The notes under the pieces were generated by a model. The model had not been told where the DNA came from, made no database searches, and was given only the letters and a program-made list of their open reading frames with translations. This document shows, piece by piece, positions 53,501-64,000 of a stretch of 64,000 bases of DNA (the stretch's first letter is position 1; every line of letters starts with the position of its first letter). Made by a program: the position numbers and the translations under genes. This DNA comes from Selaginella moellendorffii (Eukaryota > Plantae > Lycopodiophyta): positions 1,347,923 through 1,411,922 of the forward strand of contig NW_003314295.1 in assembly GCF_000143415.4 (NCBI RefSeq), written 5' to 3'.

Positions 53501-55407
53501 ACAGACTCTTTCACATAACAAGAGGTGGCATCAGCAAAGCTTCAAAAGTTATCAATCTGAGCGAAGATATTTTTGCTGGTAAACTTAATGTTCTAAGGTT
53601 ACATCACTAGATAAGTGAGTACTGCAGGGTTCAATTCAACTTTGCGACGAGGAAATGTAACACATCACGAATACATACAGGTCGGGAAGGGCCGTGATGT
53701 TGGACTGAACCAAATAACACTTTTTGAGGCAAAAGTAGCAAACGGGAATGGTGAACAGACTTTGAGTAGAGATATCTATCGACTCGGCCATCGTTTTGAT
53801 TTTTTCCGCATGATGTCCTGCTATTTTACAACAGTTGGTTTCTACGTCAACGCCCTGGTATGAAACTGGTTTGTTCTGCTTCCATCATTCTAAAGATACT
53901 TTGTGCAGATCGTGGTGCTCACAGTCTATGTTTTTCTCTACGGACGGCTGTATCTATCATTAAGTGGCATGGAGAAGTCGCTGTTAAAAGTTGCAAACAT
54001 GAAGAAAGACGTGAGCCTGCAAGCTGCCTTGGCCTCCCAATCGTTGGTTCAGCTTGGATTATTGATGGCACTTCCAATGATCATGGAGATCGGTCTTGAG
54101 AGGGGCTTTCGTACAGCAATCAGCGACTTCATCATAATGCAGCTTCAACTGGCTTCCGTTTTCTTTACCTTTTCTCTCGGCACCAAGGTTCACTATTTCG
54201 GTAGAACGATACTGCACGGAGGGGCAAAGTACAGAGCTACCGGCCGAGGCTTCGTCGTTCGTCATGAAAGATTTGCTGAGAATTATCGGTTATATTCGAG
54301 AAGCCACTTCACCAAAGCGTTGGAACTCATGATCCTGCTGATTGTCTACGTGGCTTATGGTTCGTCCGGGAATGGTGCGGTCGCTTATATGTTCATCACG
54401 GCTTCTATGTGGTTCCTGGTGGTCACCTGGCTATTCGCTCCCTTTCTGTTCAATCCGTCGGGTTTCGAGTGGCAAAAGATCGTGGAAGACTGGGACGACT
54501 GGAACAGGTGGATTGCTAACTCGGGAGGAATAGGAATTGCCGCGGTGAAGAGCTGGCAGTCCTGGTGGGACGAGGAGCATTCCTATCTCAACCACACAGG
54601 CTTGCGTGGTAGAATCATGGAATCTCTCTTGGCGATACGCTTCTTTCTGTATCAGTATGGCCTCGTCTACCACCTCAACATCACCAGCGGTCACAAGAAC
54701 ATTCTGGTAAGTCCATTCTGTTGATGCTTATTTTATAGCGTTGCGTGTCTGCTTGCAGATATACGCTCTGTCGTGGCTTGTGATAATCGGCATTTTGATC
54801 GTTTTAAAGGTAACCAGCGAGTATTCTTTCGATACAAGAAACTTATGCCATTTTGTAATTTTTTGTAGATCGTGTCGATGGGACGAAGACGCTTCAGTGG
54901 TGACTTCCAACTCATGTTCCGGCTCTTAAAGGGGATGCTCTTCATGGGATTTGTTTCGATAATCATCATACTCTTCGTGGTGGTTGGCCTGACGGTCGGA
55001 GATCTCTTCGTCACGCTACTCGCGTTCCTCCCAACTGGTTGGGCCCTCTTGCAGGTAAAGCTATCGACACCAGACTCTTCCTCTTTTCCTTACCAAACTT
55101 CCACCTGCAAACTGGCAGCCTTTTTCTTACTGACGCTTTGATTAACTCCCACTTTTGCTTTTGTTCTCCGCAGATAGGAATGGCGTGCCGGCCACTGGTG
55201 GAATCGATGGGCTTCTGGGGCTCCGTCAGGGCCCTGGCACGGAGCTATGAGTTCTTCATGGGGCTGCTCATCTTCACGCCCGTTGCGATCCTGGCGTGGT
55301 TCCCATTCGTGTCCGAGTTCCAGACGCGGCTACTCTTCAACCAGGCCTTTAGCCGCGGCCTCCAAATCTCTCGGATCCTTGCGGGCCGGAAGAAACTCGG
55401 TGAATGA
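47522..55407 (+). CDS. CalS: Callose synthase (GT48, GSL/CalS; many-intron CalS5-like type)
   Basis: [32 protein letters not shown]|[74 protein letters not shown] and [27 protein letters not shown]. Dozens of ~50-nt introns. Confidence 0.97.
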
Positions 55408-55595
55408 AAGATCGACCATATGACCATGCAAGGAAAGATGTCACAGGTCCTCTCGTTTTGCAGTTTTGTACAAAACGGAACTTTACGACGAATATGATCA
55501 CTAACAGACACACACATTTTGTACGAGTCTAGAAACAAAGTCAATGTGATCTACTTCTGAAACAAAGTTAATGTGATCTGCTCGTCTTAGTTTCG

Positions 55596-56025
55596 TCACC
55601 TTTTATCGAGGAGATGGCATGTCAGGATGGCGTCCAGGGTTGAGACCTCTGCCATGGGACCGTCCTCTCCGGGCACCACGACCAGCCCGATGCTTTGCAG
55701 GACCCTCACGTTGGGCTGCGTCACGTAGTTCGCCCAGTGGAACCGGTGCACAAAGAGGACCTTGGAAGGGTCCCAGGCGCGGACGATGAGCGTGAGCAAA
55801 TTGTTGCACAGTTCTATCATGGTAGCATTGTGTTAGTAACAAACAGTGAAGATGGTGCCTTTGTTTCACCTTGGCCATGGAATGAGGTGACAGTGGCGAT
55901 GAGCATGGCATCGGCCCGCTGCCGGAGATCTTCACCTCGGCCCAGCAACACAGGCTATGCGCCAGCGCCGCAACCTTGATCGCCCCAACGCTGCCGGTAA
56001 CCCCCAGGAGAACTCTGGGGGCCAT
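55596..56025 (-). pseudogene. HAL3/phosphopantothenoylcysteine decarboxylase (PPCDC) pseudogene
   Basis: MAPRVLLGVTGSVGAIK...WAEVKI is followed by a frameshift/deletion, then DLRQRADAMLIA and CNNLLTLIVRAWDPSK. The HIELR His motif and the PxMN and C-terminal Cys motifs are missing. Confidence 0.75.
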
Positions 56026-56319
56026 TTTCAAAGCTCCACCCAAGCGTCTCACATAGAAATAAAACTGGGCGAGGAGATGAAGCGTTATGGTTGGAGGGAG
56101 CTTCACAACATGTGATCATTTTATCAAAGATGTACACTTTTGAGACAAAAAAATTTCTGGTATAATGAATGTAACTGGCCAAAATATACACACACACAGC
56201 GAGTAAACAAGACGGCTTGCCTCGTTTTCCTTGTTTCTCTTCCATCCCTGCTTGTAAGTAAGAAAAGAAAAAAAAAAAAAGAATCCGATTCCTTCCTCGC
56301 TCCTAGAAACTTTCTCCAC

Positions 56320-57944
56320 TCACGCCACTTTTATCCGGGACCCCGCCTCCGCCACCTTGTTCTTCCTCTTGGACAGCAGATCTAGAACTTGCCACGTCGC
56401 GTCGCCACGAACGAGCGGCTGGTTGTATACCAACGCCTGGCGCACCTCGTCTCTCCAGAGATTGGCCTGGATCATGGACACATTGGTGGCCGCCACCTTG
56501 CTCAGGATCCTGTCCAGCTTGTGCACGTCCCTCTCCGCCACCGTGACCGAGATCTTCCTCCAGTCGATGACGTGCGAGTAGGGGAGCTGGATGTTGTCCG
56601 CGATGATCACCGGGATGCAGCCCTGGATCACCGACTCCACGATGCGCGGGCTCCACGGCGCCCACCCCAGCGGGCACAGGCAGAACACCGAGCGCAGCAT
56701 CTCCGCCTTGTAGTTGTCGGACCTCTTGCGCTTTATGAAGAAGCGCCGGTCGTGCGAGAAGCGTCGCCAGATTGTGGTTCTCACGCCCCTGCATTAAAAT
56801 CACCCACGACAAAGTTGGTTTTCAGTCCGGACAGTGAAAGACAAGAGGAAAAAAGTACCTGCTGTACATGTGGCCGCTAACGTTCTTGGGGTGGATCTCC
56901 ATCTTGCCCCTGAAAAACGCCAGGATCTTGCGGCGCTGGCCCCTGGGATCGGGCAACTTCTTGGCTGGAACCACGTAGGGAGGTATCTGGATGTGGTCCA
57001 CATTCTGGCAGGGGTGCTTGTTCTTTTCCCCGAAAGTTTGCAGGATGATGGAGTTTCTCAAGAACTGTGGGATGCCCATTGCGACCGCTAAATCCTCCTG
57101 AGAAAACCACATTGGAAAGAGTCATGCATGCATGCGAAGGAGCCAAAACTTATCAAGCCGTGATCCAGAAACGTACCATTGCATGGAAGCATGCCCCGAA
57201 GTCGTGGGTGGCAACAAAGACGTGGTCTCGGCCTTGATGGCGATCCCAGAAAGGCATGTTACGTGAAACCAAGCCCACTGCTGCCTGGAGAATGTCCGAC
57301 GCGTGAAACAGCGTCGGGAACCCGGATCTGCTGGTGAAATTGCACGAGACGTACACGGGCATGAAGAAAAAGTCCGCCTCGTCCGGATCCAAGGTTCGCA
57401 CGGGACTGCGCAGCAAATTCTGGTGAATGGCAACCTCGGCAGCGAAAAGATGGCTGCTACACCGGCTATCGACAAGCCAGTCGGTGTTGTAGCTGGAGGG
57501 AAGATCGTAGATATACACCTTGATGTTGGAAGATAGACCTAGAGGACCACCTGGAGGAGAAATCCATAAGCAAGAGAACGCAAAAGAAGAAAATGCCCAA
57601 GTACCTTGATCGAGAATTGGGGATTTAGATCTTTGCAAAAACACCGTGGGACGTTCTTCGATTACTGCCTTGGAAGCCGACCATGGACGAGTCGAGACGA
57701 ATCGCTCCCTGGAAGGCCCACCGTCTATCGCCATCTCCGGTGATTCATCGAGCCTATCGGATGCTCCAAGCATCCATGCGAAGGGCGACGTGGTAACCGC
57801 GAAGGCGAGCAAGGATAGCACCAGGACTGCCTCGGCAAATCGGAGGCAGAGCCTGGATGTTCCAGAAATCCCATGCCTGGCGCCGGCAGCTCGGCTGGTT
57901 TCCTGCGAATTCTTCCTGGCAGCCCCTTTTGCGGTGATCCTCAT
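56320..57944 (-). CDS. GT47 exostosin-family glycosyltransferase, IRX7/FRA8-like (xylan synthesis)
   Basis: Type II TM segment followed by IKVYIYDLPSSYNTDWL..RCSSHLFAAEVAIH..EADFFFMPVYVSCNF, DHVFVATHDFGACFHAM, FFRGKMEIHPKN and RSVFCLCPLGWAPWSPRIVES. Confidence 0.93.
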
Positions 57945-59942
57945 GGGGCAGACTCGATGTGTCCGCTGCTGGGGGTGCGAAACCTTGGACGCATTTGCCT
58001 CGCCGCGCTCCACCAGATCATCGATCCGCCGCAGCACAGCCCGACGATTTCTACGGCGATCCGGTGGCGACGCGAAATATTCTCACCCGCGGATCGAAAT
58101 ATTTGCCGCGGAAGTCCAAGACCGATCGTTATCAGATCCTGCTGAAAAGAAGGAAATCGGGATCGAGAGGAGGAGAAAGAGGAGAAAGAAGCGATGCTCC
58201 ACAGCGAGAAATCGCGAATCGATGACGGCGATCGAGGACTCAGAGGAAGCGCTCGCGAAAACTTGGCGCAATTCCTCCCTGCTTGGATCAGATCGAGCTC
58301 CAGTAGCAGCGATCGAGAGGGCAAGAAATGGCGGGCGCCGGGCAGGCGGACTCGCTATGGAGCCGCCGCCGATAGAAAGAAAGAGTAAAACCACAAACGC
58401 GAAAGCGTGCGTGGGGGATTTTTCCTCCTCCCCGGTTAAAATATTCCACCCTCCCCCGGTTAAGAACCGTTTTACCACACCCATTACGTACAAAATAATG
58501 TGGTCCACATTTGTTGGTTTGTACTTGGGCCAGTGGCTCCCTGGCTATGAAAACTGTGCGTGTCATTATAGTAAGCAGGGCGCCAGCGAGGATATTGCTG
58601 GACCCCTCCATGGGATTATCCGCCAAAAATCTTCATACCATACCAAACCATTAGCGGCTAATTATTCCTCGCGAACGAGAACGCGGGGATTGGAATATGC
58701 CCCTGGAGAAGCATTGAACCACACCAAACAAACGCAATTACACCTTTCTCGCATTCTTACAATTTCGCGACAACGACATAAGATTAAACTATGGGTGGGT
58801 GCGTGTTTATTTAGAATTAGGATAGATATGGGCTTTGTATTCTTCCCTCAAACAAACCCCTCTATCTTCCAAAACGATCGATCGTGGATCGAGCATTGGA
58901 TGCTCGCTGGGCTTTTCTCCATTCTTTAGCTCAAAAATGGACGTCAATTTTCGCGGTAAACATCTCAACTACCACGTAGGACGCCTGGCACTGCCATCCT
59001 GGCAGGATCGTCCGACGTGTCGGCCTGTCACTCGTCACGGGTGGCTCTGGTCCATCCCTCTACTCTCGTGACCCCTGCCACGCAGACGACACCATCATTC
59101 TCTAGCCTGCATTTTGACATCAAGATTTACCTTCCACTCTTTTTTACCTTGTACGGGAGTGGGTAAAAGTCGCTCTAGCTTTTCTCCAGGGAACCTGTAA
59201 GGAATCTTTGAAGCATAGAAAAGCTTTGGGTGGAATCATCACGCATTCCCCAAATCCTAAAGTAGTATAAGTTGACATAAAGGTTTTGATTGCACAGGCA
59301 GCAAGCCCAGGCACCCACAAAATTAAATCATAAAAAATCATAGATTTCTCAAAGACAACACAAAAATCAAACCCAAAGCACAACATATCAGATTGACCGG
59401 AATAAAACCATCTAAGTATTGTTTAGTGCAAAAGAGCGGGTCTCTTTCCAATAATTAATATCCATAAAACCAAATCATGTTGGTCATACTCAACCTCATC
59501 CACTGCCATATTTTTTTATTGATGTTTTTGCTCAAGGTACCTGGATTAAAAAGCCTGAAGCTCTTGCTGCCAGATTCGAACCCGGCATGAACCTTATCAT
59601 TGTCTGGACTCGATTCTAAAAAGATTCCACACCCGTGCAAGCATATTACCTGAGTTATGCATCGAAAGGATCAATCGAAAAGAAAAAGATGGTAGGAAAC
59701 ACAATAATATGAAAATAGTTGATGATACGATTGGAGTTTCCAAACTCCTGTGATCATTTGCTCATACACGCGACCATCTCGCTCAATGCATTCTTATCTT
59801 TGGCCAAAGAGATCAATGAGTTCTCTTTTTCCTTTCTCTTCTTGTTCTCGCTGGCTGGAAGTTGTGCTTTAGAAAGTTTTGATTAGAAGAGAACTCAAGG
59901 TTATAAAAACAATGGGCGGATTTGCCAGAACTTACGGCCTTG

Positions 59943-61774
59943 TCAATTGTTCTTTGAGTTTGTGGTCGCACAGAACTGGAGGGAAGTTTGAGTGTCCGAG
60001 CTTCCCAGGCAGTTGTATGGATCCTCAGCCCCATACCACTCTCCCATGGCGTTCCAGCAGAAGGACGACGTAGTGGACAAGTCATTAGAACCGGAAAGCG
60101 TAAGACTTACATCCTGCAGGAAAATATTCTGGCAAGGGACGGTGTCGCTGCACGCAAGGTACACTGAGAAATCTGTCCGAGACGTGCCGCGGATGTTCTT
60201 GAAATAAACGTCGTGAACTTGCACCGCATCTGTCTGGAGCATCGTCAATTTCGGATCAAAACGCTCAGAGTTTCTTTAACCGAGAAACAGAAACCTGGTT
60301 CTCGCAAGGAAGCACACTGTCGCAGTAGAACTGGTTTATAATGACTGGAAATGCAACGTCATTCATTGTCACACTCTCGAAATGAACGTCACGAACCACC
60401 CCTGTACCGCCCTGGAAGCAAAAAAGAAGATCAGTCTAGCCAGCCTAGAAAAGATTGAAAGAGAAATATGTCACGCCTGCCATGTCTTAATCCTCAAGCC
60501 GTTTTGGGCTCCATTTATGACAAGGTCCTTGACATAAACACCAGCAACGCAAGCCCAGGAGTCATATTTTCCAAGGCCACCTATACTGCACAAGAAAAAT
60601 ATGAGAAAACTTCCGTGGAGATCACGGGATCAGGAAAAACCCCACCTCACACCGTGGCCCGGACCACAAGTCACTCTCTCGATATAAATGTTATACGAGC
60701 CTGTTTGTATGGAGATGCAATCGTCCCCTGGAAAACCCACCACTTTGTCAACACCGAGAAAACTTCGAGCGATTACCTGTGCCGATGAGAGTGTCCTGGA
60801 GATAAACGTTTTCCGAGCGGACAATATGTATACCATCTGTGTTGGGACTGTCGCTGGGAGCAACAACTTGTAGTCCTGTCATGTAGACCTCGTTGCAGCT
60901 TTCCACTGAGAGATGGAATTCCTGGCTGTCTTTCAAGGTCAAGTAGGAGATCTCCACGGCACTGCTGCGTCTCAGCAATACGGACTGCGAGCTGAGAGAG
61001 ATACATTAGCGTTGAATGAGAGAAAAAAAAGCACCGACTCAAGGATATAGAAGTTTCAAAGCGATCCCATGCTTGTTCTTTTTGTTTAGTTCTGAAAGTT
61101 CGAGAGGCGGACGAGAGGTAACCTACGGTTGGTGATTTCGTTCGGCAATCCTGGCATTAAACATTTCCATCAGCGAAAAAGAGGAAAAGAAGATAAAGCT
61201 CACCGCAAAAGGATAGATCTTGCATGAGTAAGCCCACCAAAAGTCACCTCTTCCGTCTATCACACCATAGCCGGTTAGCCTGAAAAGCTGGAGACCACTG
61301 AAAACCAGCCAGCCATCAAGGTCTACGTTCCAGTTACTAAGATCATCCCTTGCCATGATTGTTCCATCCACCTAGAAGGAGAAAACAATGTGAGTTCTTG
61401 GAAGAAACTATTGTTCTTTCTAGCTATGGAGGGCAAAATACCCGCAAAGTGATATAATCCGCGCAAGGACCCGAGAGCTCCACTGGCCCGATCACAAACG
61501 AGTATGTTGCTGGGAACAGCACTGTGGAGGACGGGACGAAGCAAGCAGCTTCCCAGGCGCTCAAAAATGCCTGGACGGTCGAAACAAGGAATTGGAATCG
61601 CACAGGTATTTTTCGCTCAAGAACAAGTACCTGGGAGTCGTCCGTCTCGCCATCGCCAAGCGCGCCAAAGGATGTGACATCGAAGACCGGAGGGACGAAA
61701 AGGAAGTCGCTATCTTCCAGCGCCGATCCGACGCTCGCGAAGGCGATCGCGATCGCCATTGCGATCGCGCGCAT
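59943..61774 (-). CDS. Polygalacturonase (GH28), secreted, multi-exon
   Basis: Signal peptide [18 protein letters not shown] followed by [47 protein letters not shown] and ACSDTVPC. Confidence 0.93.
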
Positions 61775-61819
61775 TCCTTGCCCAAAGTATGGGATTATTT
61801 TTAGGGTTCTTGGGAGGCA

Positions 61820-62825
61820 ATGCTCCGGACGATCTGGAATGCGCTGTGCCGGGCGATTGCCTGGCTCGGCGTCCGGATCCTCCTCTGCGGCCCAGTGCCG
61901 CAGCACATCGCGATCATCATGGACGGCAACAGGCGCTTCGCGGACAGGGCCGGGATCGACAGGAAGAGCGGCCATGGATTTGGCTACGATAGCCTCATCC
62001 AGACGCTGGAGCTGTGCTTGGATCTGGGGGTGAGGTACGTAACAGTGTACGCATTCAGCATCGACAACTTCGCGCGATCGCAAGAGGAGGTGAGCGCGCT
62101 CATGGAGCTCATGCGTGAGAAGCTGGACCTTCTCGTCTCCAACGAAGGGCTGGCCACCGAGAAAGGGATTCGCGTTGTGTGTTCTTGGAGACTTGACCTT
62201 GCTCCCGGAAGATGTAAGAGCTTCCGCGAATCGAGCGATGGCCGCGACCAAGCACAACTCCATAACCGTGCTTAACATATGTGTGGCCTATACATCCACG
62301 CAAGAGANNNNNNNNNNNNNNNNNNNNNNNNNNNNNNNNNNNNNNNNNNNNNNNNNNNNNNNNNNNNNNNNNNNNNNNNNNNNNNNNNNNNNNNNNNNNN
62401 NNNNNNNNNNNNNNNNNNNNNNNNNNNNNNNNNNNNNNNNNNNNNNNNNNNNNNNNNNNNNNNNNNNNNNNNNNNNNNNNNNNNNNNNNNNNNNNNNNNN
62501 NNNNNNNNNNNNNNNNNNNNNNNNNNNNNNNNNNNNNNNNNNNNNNNNNNNNNNNNNNNNNNNNNNNNNNNNNNNNNNNNNNNNNNNNNNNNNNNNNNNN
62601 NNNNNNNNNNNNNNNNNNNNNNNNNNNNNNNNNNNNNNNNNNNNNNNNNNNNNNNNNNNGTGGCAAGCTTGCCACTCGCACTTGGCCTTTTGCAACGTCC
62701 TGTGGCCCAACTTCTCCTTCCGGCACCTATTTTGGATCATCTTCCAGTACCAGAGAAGCTACCGATCTCTACAACACCACTGGATCAAGGCCCAGAGCTT
62801 TCAAACTCGCCAAAAGTTTGGATAA
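61820..62825 (+). CDS. cis-prenyltransferase (dehydrodolichyl diphosphate synthase-like); +1 frameshift at ~62177 and assembly gap inside
   Basis: VPQHIAIIMDGNRRFA, GHGFG, VTVYAFSIDNFARSQEEV, (frameshift) CVLGDLTLLP..LNICVAYTS, and after the gap WQ..LAFCNVLWPNFSFRHL..IFQYQR. Confidence 0.85.
62308..62659. other. Assembly gap (N run)
   Basis: 352 consecutive N. Confidence 0.99.
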
Positions 62826-62879
62826 CATTGATGAGAAAAGAACTTTACAAAGAACTCTATGAAAACTCTATCCAATCGC

Positions 62880-63539
62880 CTAACATCCTCTACCAGCGCG
62901 AAGCTGCTCGGTGAACGAAGTGGTGGCCACTGGCTTGCCAAGATTATACTGGAGCATCATGCTATCAACATCCTTGACAAATCGATCAGCGAGAGGGGTG
63001 TTGATCATCTGCTGCTGTGGAACGAGCAGGAACTCGTAATTGTGAAGCAAGTAGTCGTGCGGGGCTGGCTGCATGTATCCTTCCAAAACTCTCCCGAGAG
63101 TTCCATCGCCATTGTTGATCGATGATCCGCGGATGTTTGCGACCCAGTAGTGGATGTACGTGTACTGATCCGCGATCGAGAAGATCGATCTCGACGCCCT
63201 CCGATCCAGCATAATAAGCGAGTAGAGCTGGTTGGGGTCGGCGTGGCCGGTTACTCGAATTTGAGGAGTGCTCACGGTGTCCCGGCACGAGAAAATACTT
63301 CCAATCCTTACTGGCACTCCTCCGTACGAGATTTCCAACGAGAGAGACACTGGAGGTGGAGTTGAGTGAAAAGCTGGCGGTGGTGGTGGCGAAGATGGTG
63401 CAGGAGGTGAGTGAAAAGGTGGCGGAGCAACAGTGGCTGATGGAGATGAGCAAGGGCAGAAGCACCTATCGGAAGAACCATAGCTTGCACCAAGGAAATC
63501 GAGGAGGAGCACAGCAGCCATGCACACATAAGACTTCAT
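62880..63539 (-). CDS. Divergent intronless PEBP-family protein with signal peptide and Pro-rich (SPPPPP) linker
   Basis: MKSYVCMAAVLLLDFLGASYG signal, SPPAPSSPPPPP linker, then the PEBP pattern LEISY..P.I.V..LYSLIMLD..YIHYWVANI..G..L.GY..PAP..HNYEFLL..Q..YNLGKPVA..F. Confidence 0.8.
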   Translation of the reverse strand: MKSYVCMAAVLLLDFLGASYGSSDRCFCPCSSPSATVAPPPFHSPPAPSSPPPPPAFHSTPPPVSLSLEISYGGVPVRIGSIFSCRDTVSTPQIRVTGHADPNQLYSLIMLDRRASRSIFSIADQYTYIHYWVANIRGSSINNGDGTLGRVLEGYMQPAPHDYLLHNYEFLLVPQQQMINTPLADRFVKDVDSMMLQYNLGKPVATTSFTEQLRAGRGC

Positions 63540-64000
63540 CCTTCCGGTTGTACATATATCACGTAGTTCCTTACAGTTTATATAAGATGATGGCGACCCA
63601 TTTTGGTCAGGTGCCCAATTAAGCTAGTCAACTGGCAAGGGTTTAAAGGTTTAAATTACTCTTATCTAGTTTAAGCACGACATCATAAAAATACCCAAGT
63701 AATGATCTTGCATTGACCATGAACAATGCAATAGATGTGTTTGTGGCCTAAAAGATACAATCTAGAAGTTTGCATCATGAATTTATTTCTGAATTTAAGA
63801 ATTTATTATTTTAACTATTAAATTAATAGTTATTTTTCTTTAATTTCTTATGGAAATCCTTAGCTTTAGTATATTTAAATTTTTGTAAATTTTAGTATAT
63901 ACTCCTTTATAAAATATATGTATATTGACAGTTAGCTAGTTAATGTTAAATCTAAAAATAATTGTTAAAAAATAGAATTTTACAATTTTGCACATAAAAA

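Noticed and set aside
57646-58929. 427-aa plus-strand ORF
   Set aside because: It starts at GTG, is antisense to IRX7-like exon 1 and its GC-rich leader, and has no recognisable domain. Likely a shadow ORF.
59565-59595. tRNA T-loop-like GGTTCGAATC on the minus strand
   Set aside because: No canonical T-stem, D-arm or acceptor stem could be folded.
61424-62278. 284-aa minus-strand ORF that appears to extend the polygalacturonase N-terminus
   Set aside because: The upstream part is the antisense of the cis-prenyltransferase. The signal peptide begins at the ATG at 61774.
62109-62914. Long X-containing ORFs in several frames
   Set aside because: Artefacts of the N gap.

Overview
Eukaryotic plant genomic DNA with very high gene density, short (~45-60 nt) GT-AG introns and tiny intergenic spacers. 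This architecture strongly suggests a lycophyte such as Selaginella (inference, not verified). 1-9.2 kb is an AT-rich repeat/TE zone: a ~290-bp tandem array with an internal inversion, a ~440-bp inverted duplication and a decayed Ty3/gypsy gag-pro relic. A gene-dense block follows: alkaline/neutral invertase, RBR E3 ligase, cytosolic G6PDH, PIE1/SWR1, alpha-N-acetylglucosaminidase, plastid-type hexokinase, MnmM/YtqB-like methyltransferase and a DUF3223 protein. After an AT-rich island with decayed gene fragments come an RNF10-like ligase, an unannotated repeat protein, a subtilase, callose synthase, a HAL3/PPCDC pseudogene, IRX7/FRA8-like GT47, polygalacturonase, a cis-prenyltransferase spanning an assembly gap, and a secreted divergent PEBP. 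The best novelty candidate is the 42.0-43.75 kb gene. It encodes a predicted plastid-targeted, low-complexity protein with nine (K/R)TWPNPNYK-type motifs plus a Trp-Asn-rich region, and lies ~310 bp upstream of the subtilase. Other notable items are head-to-head gene pairs with start codons only 29 and 45 bp apart around telo-box motifs, a PAM2 motif on the RNF10-like protein, and the intronless signal-peptide/extensin-linker PEBP. Gene coordinates are start-to-stop spans including introns, read by eye; no searches were run.
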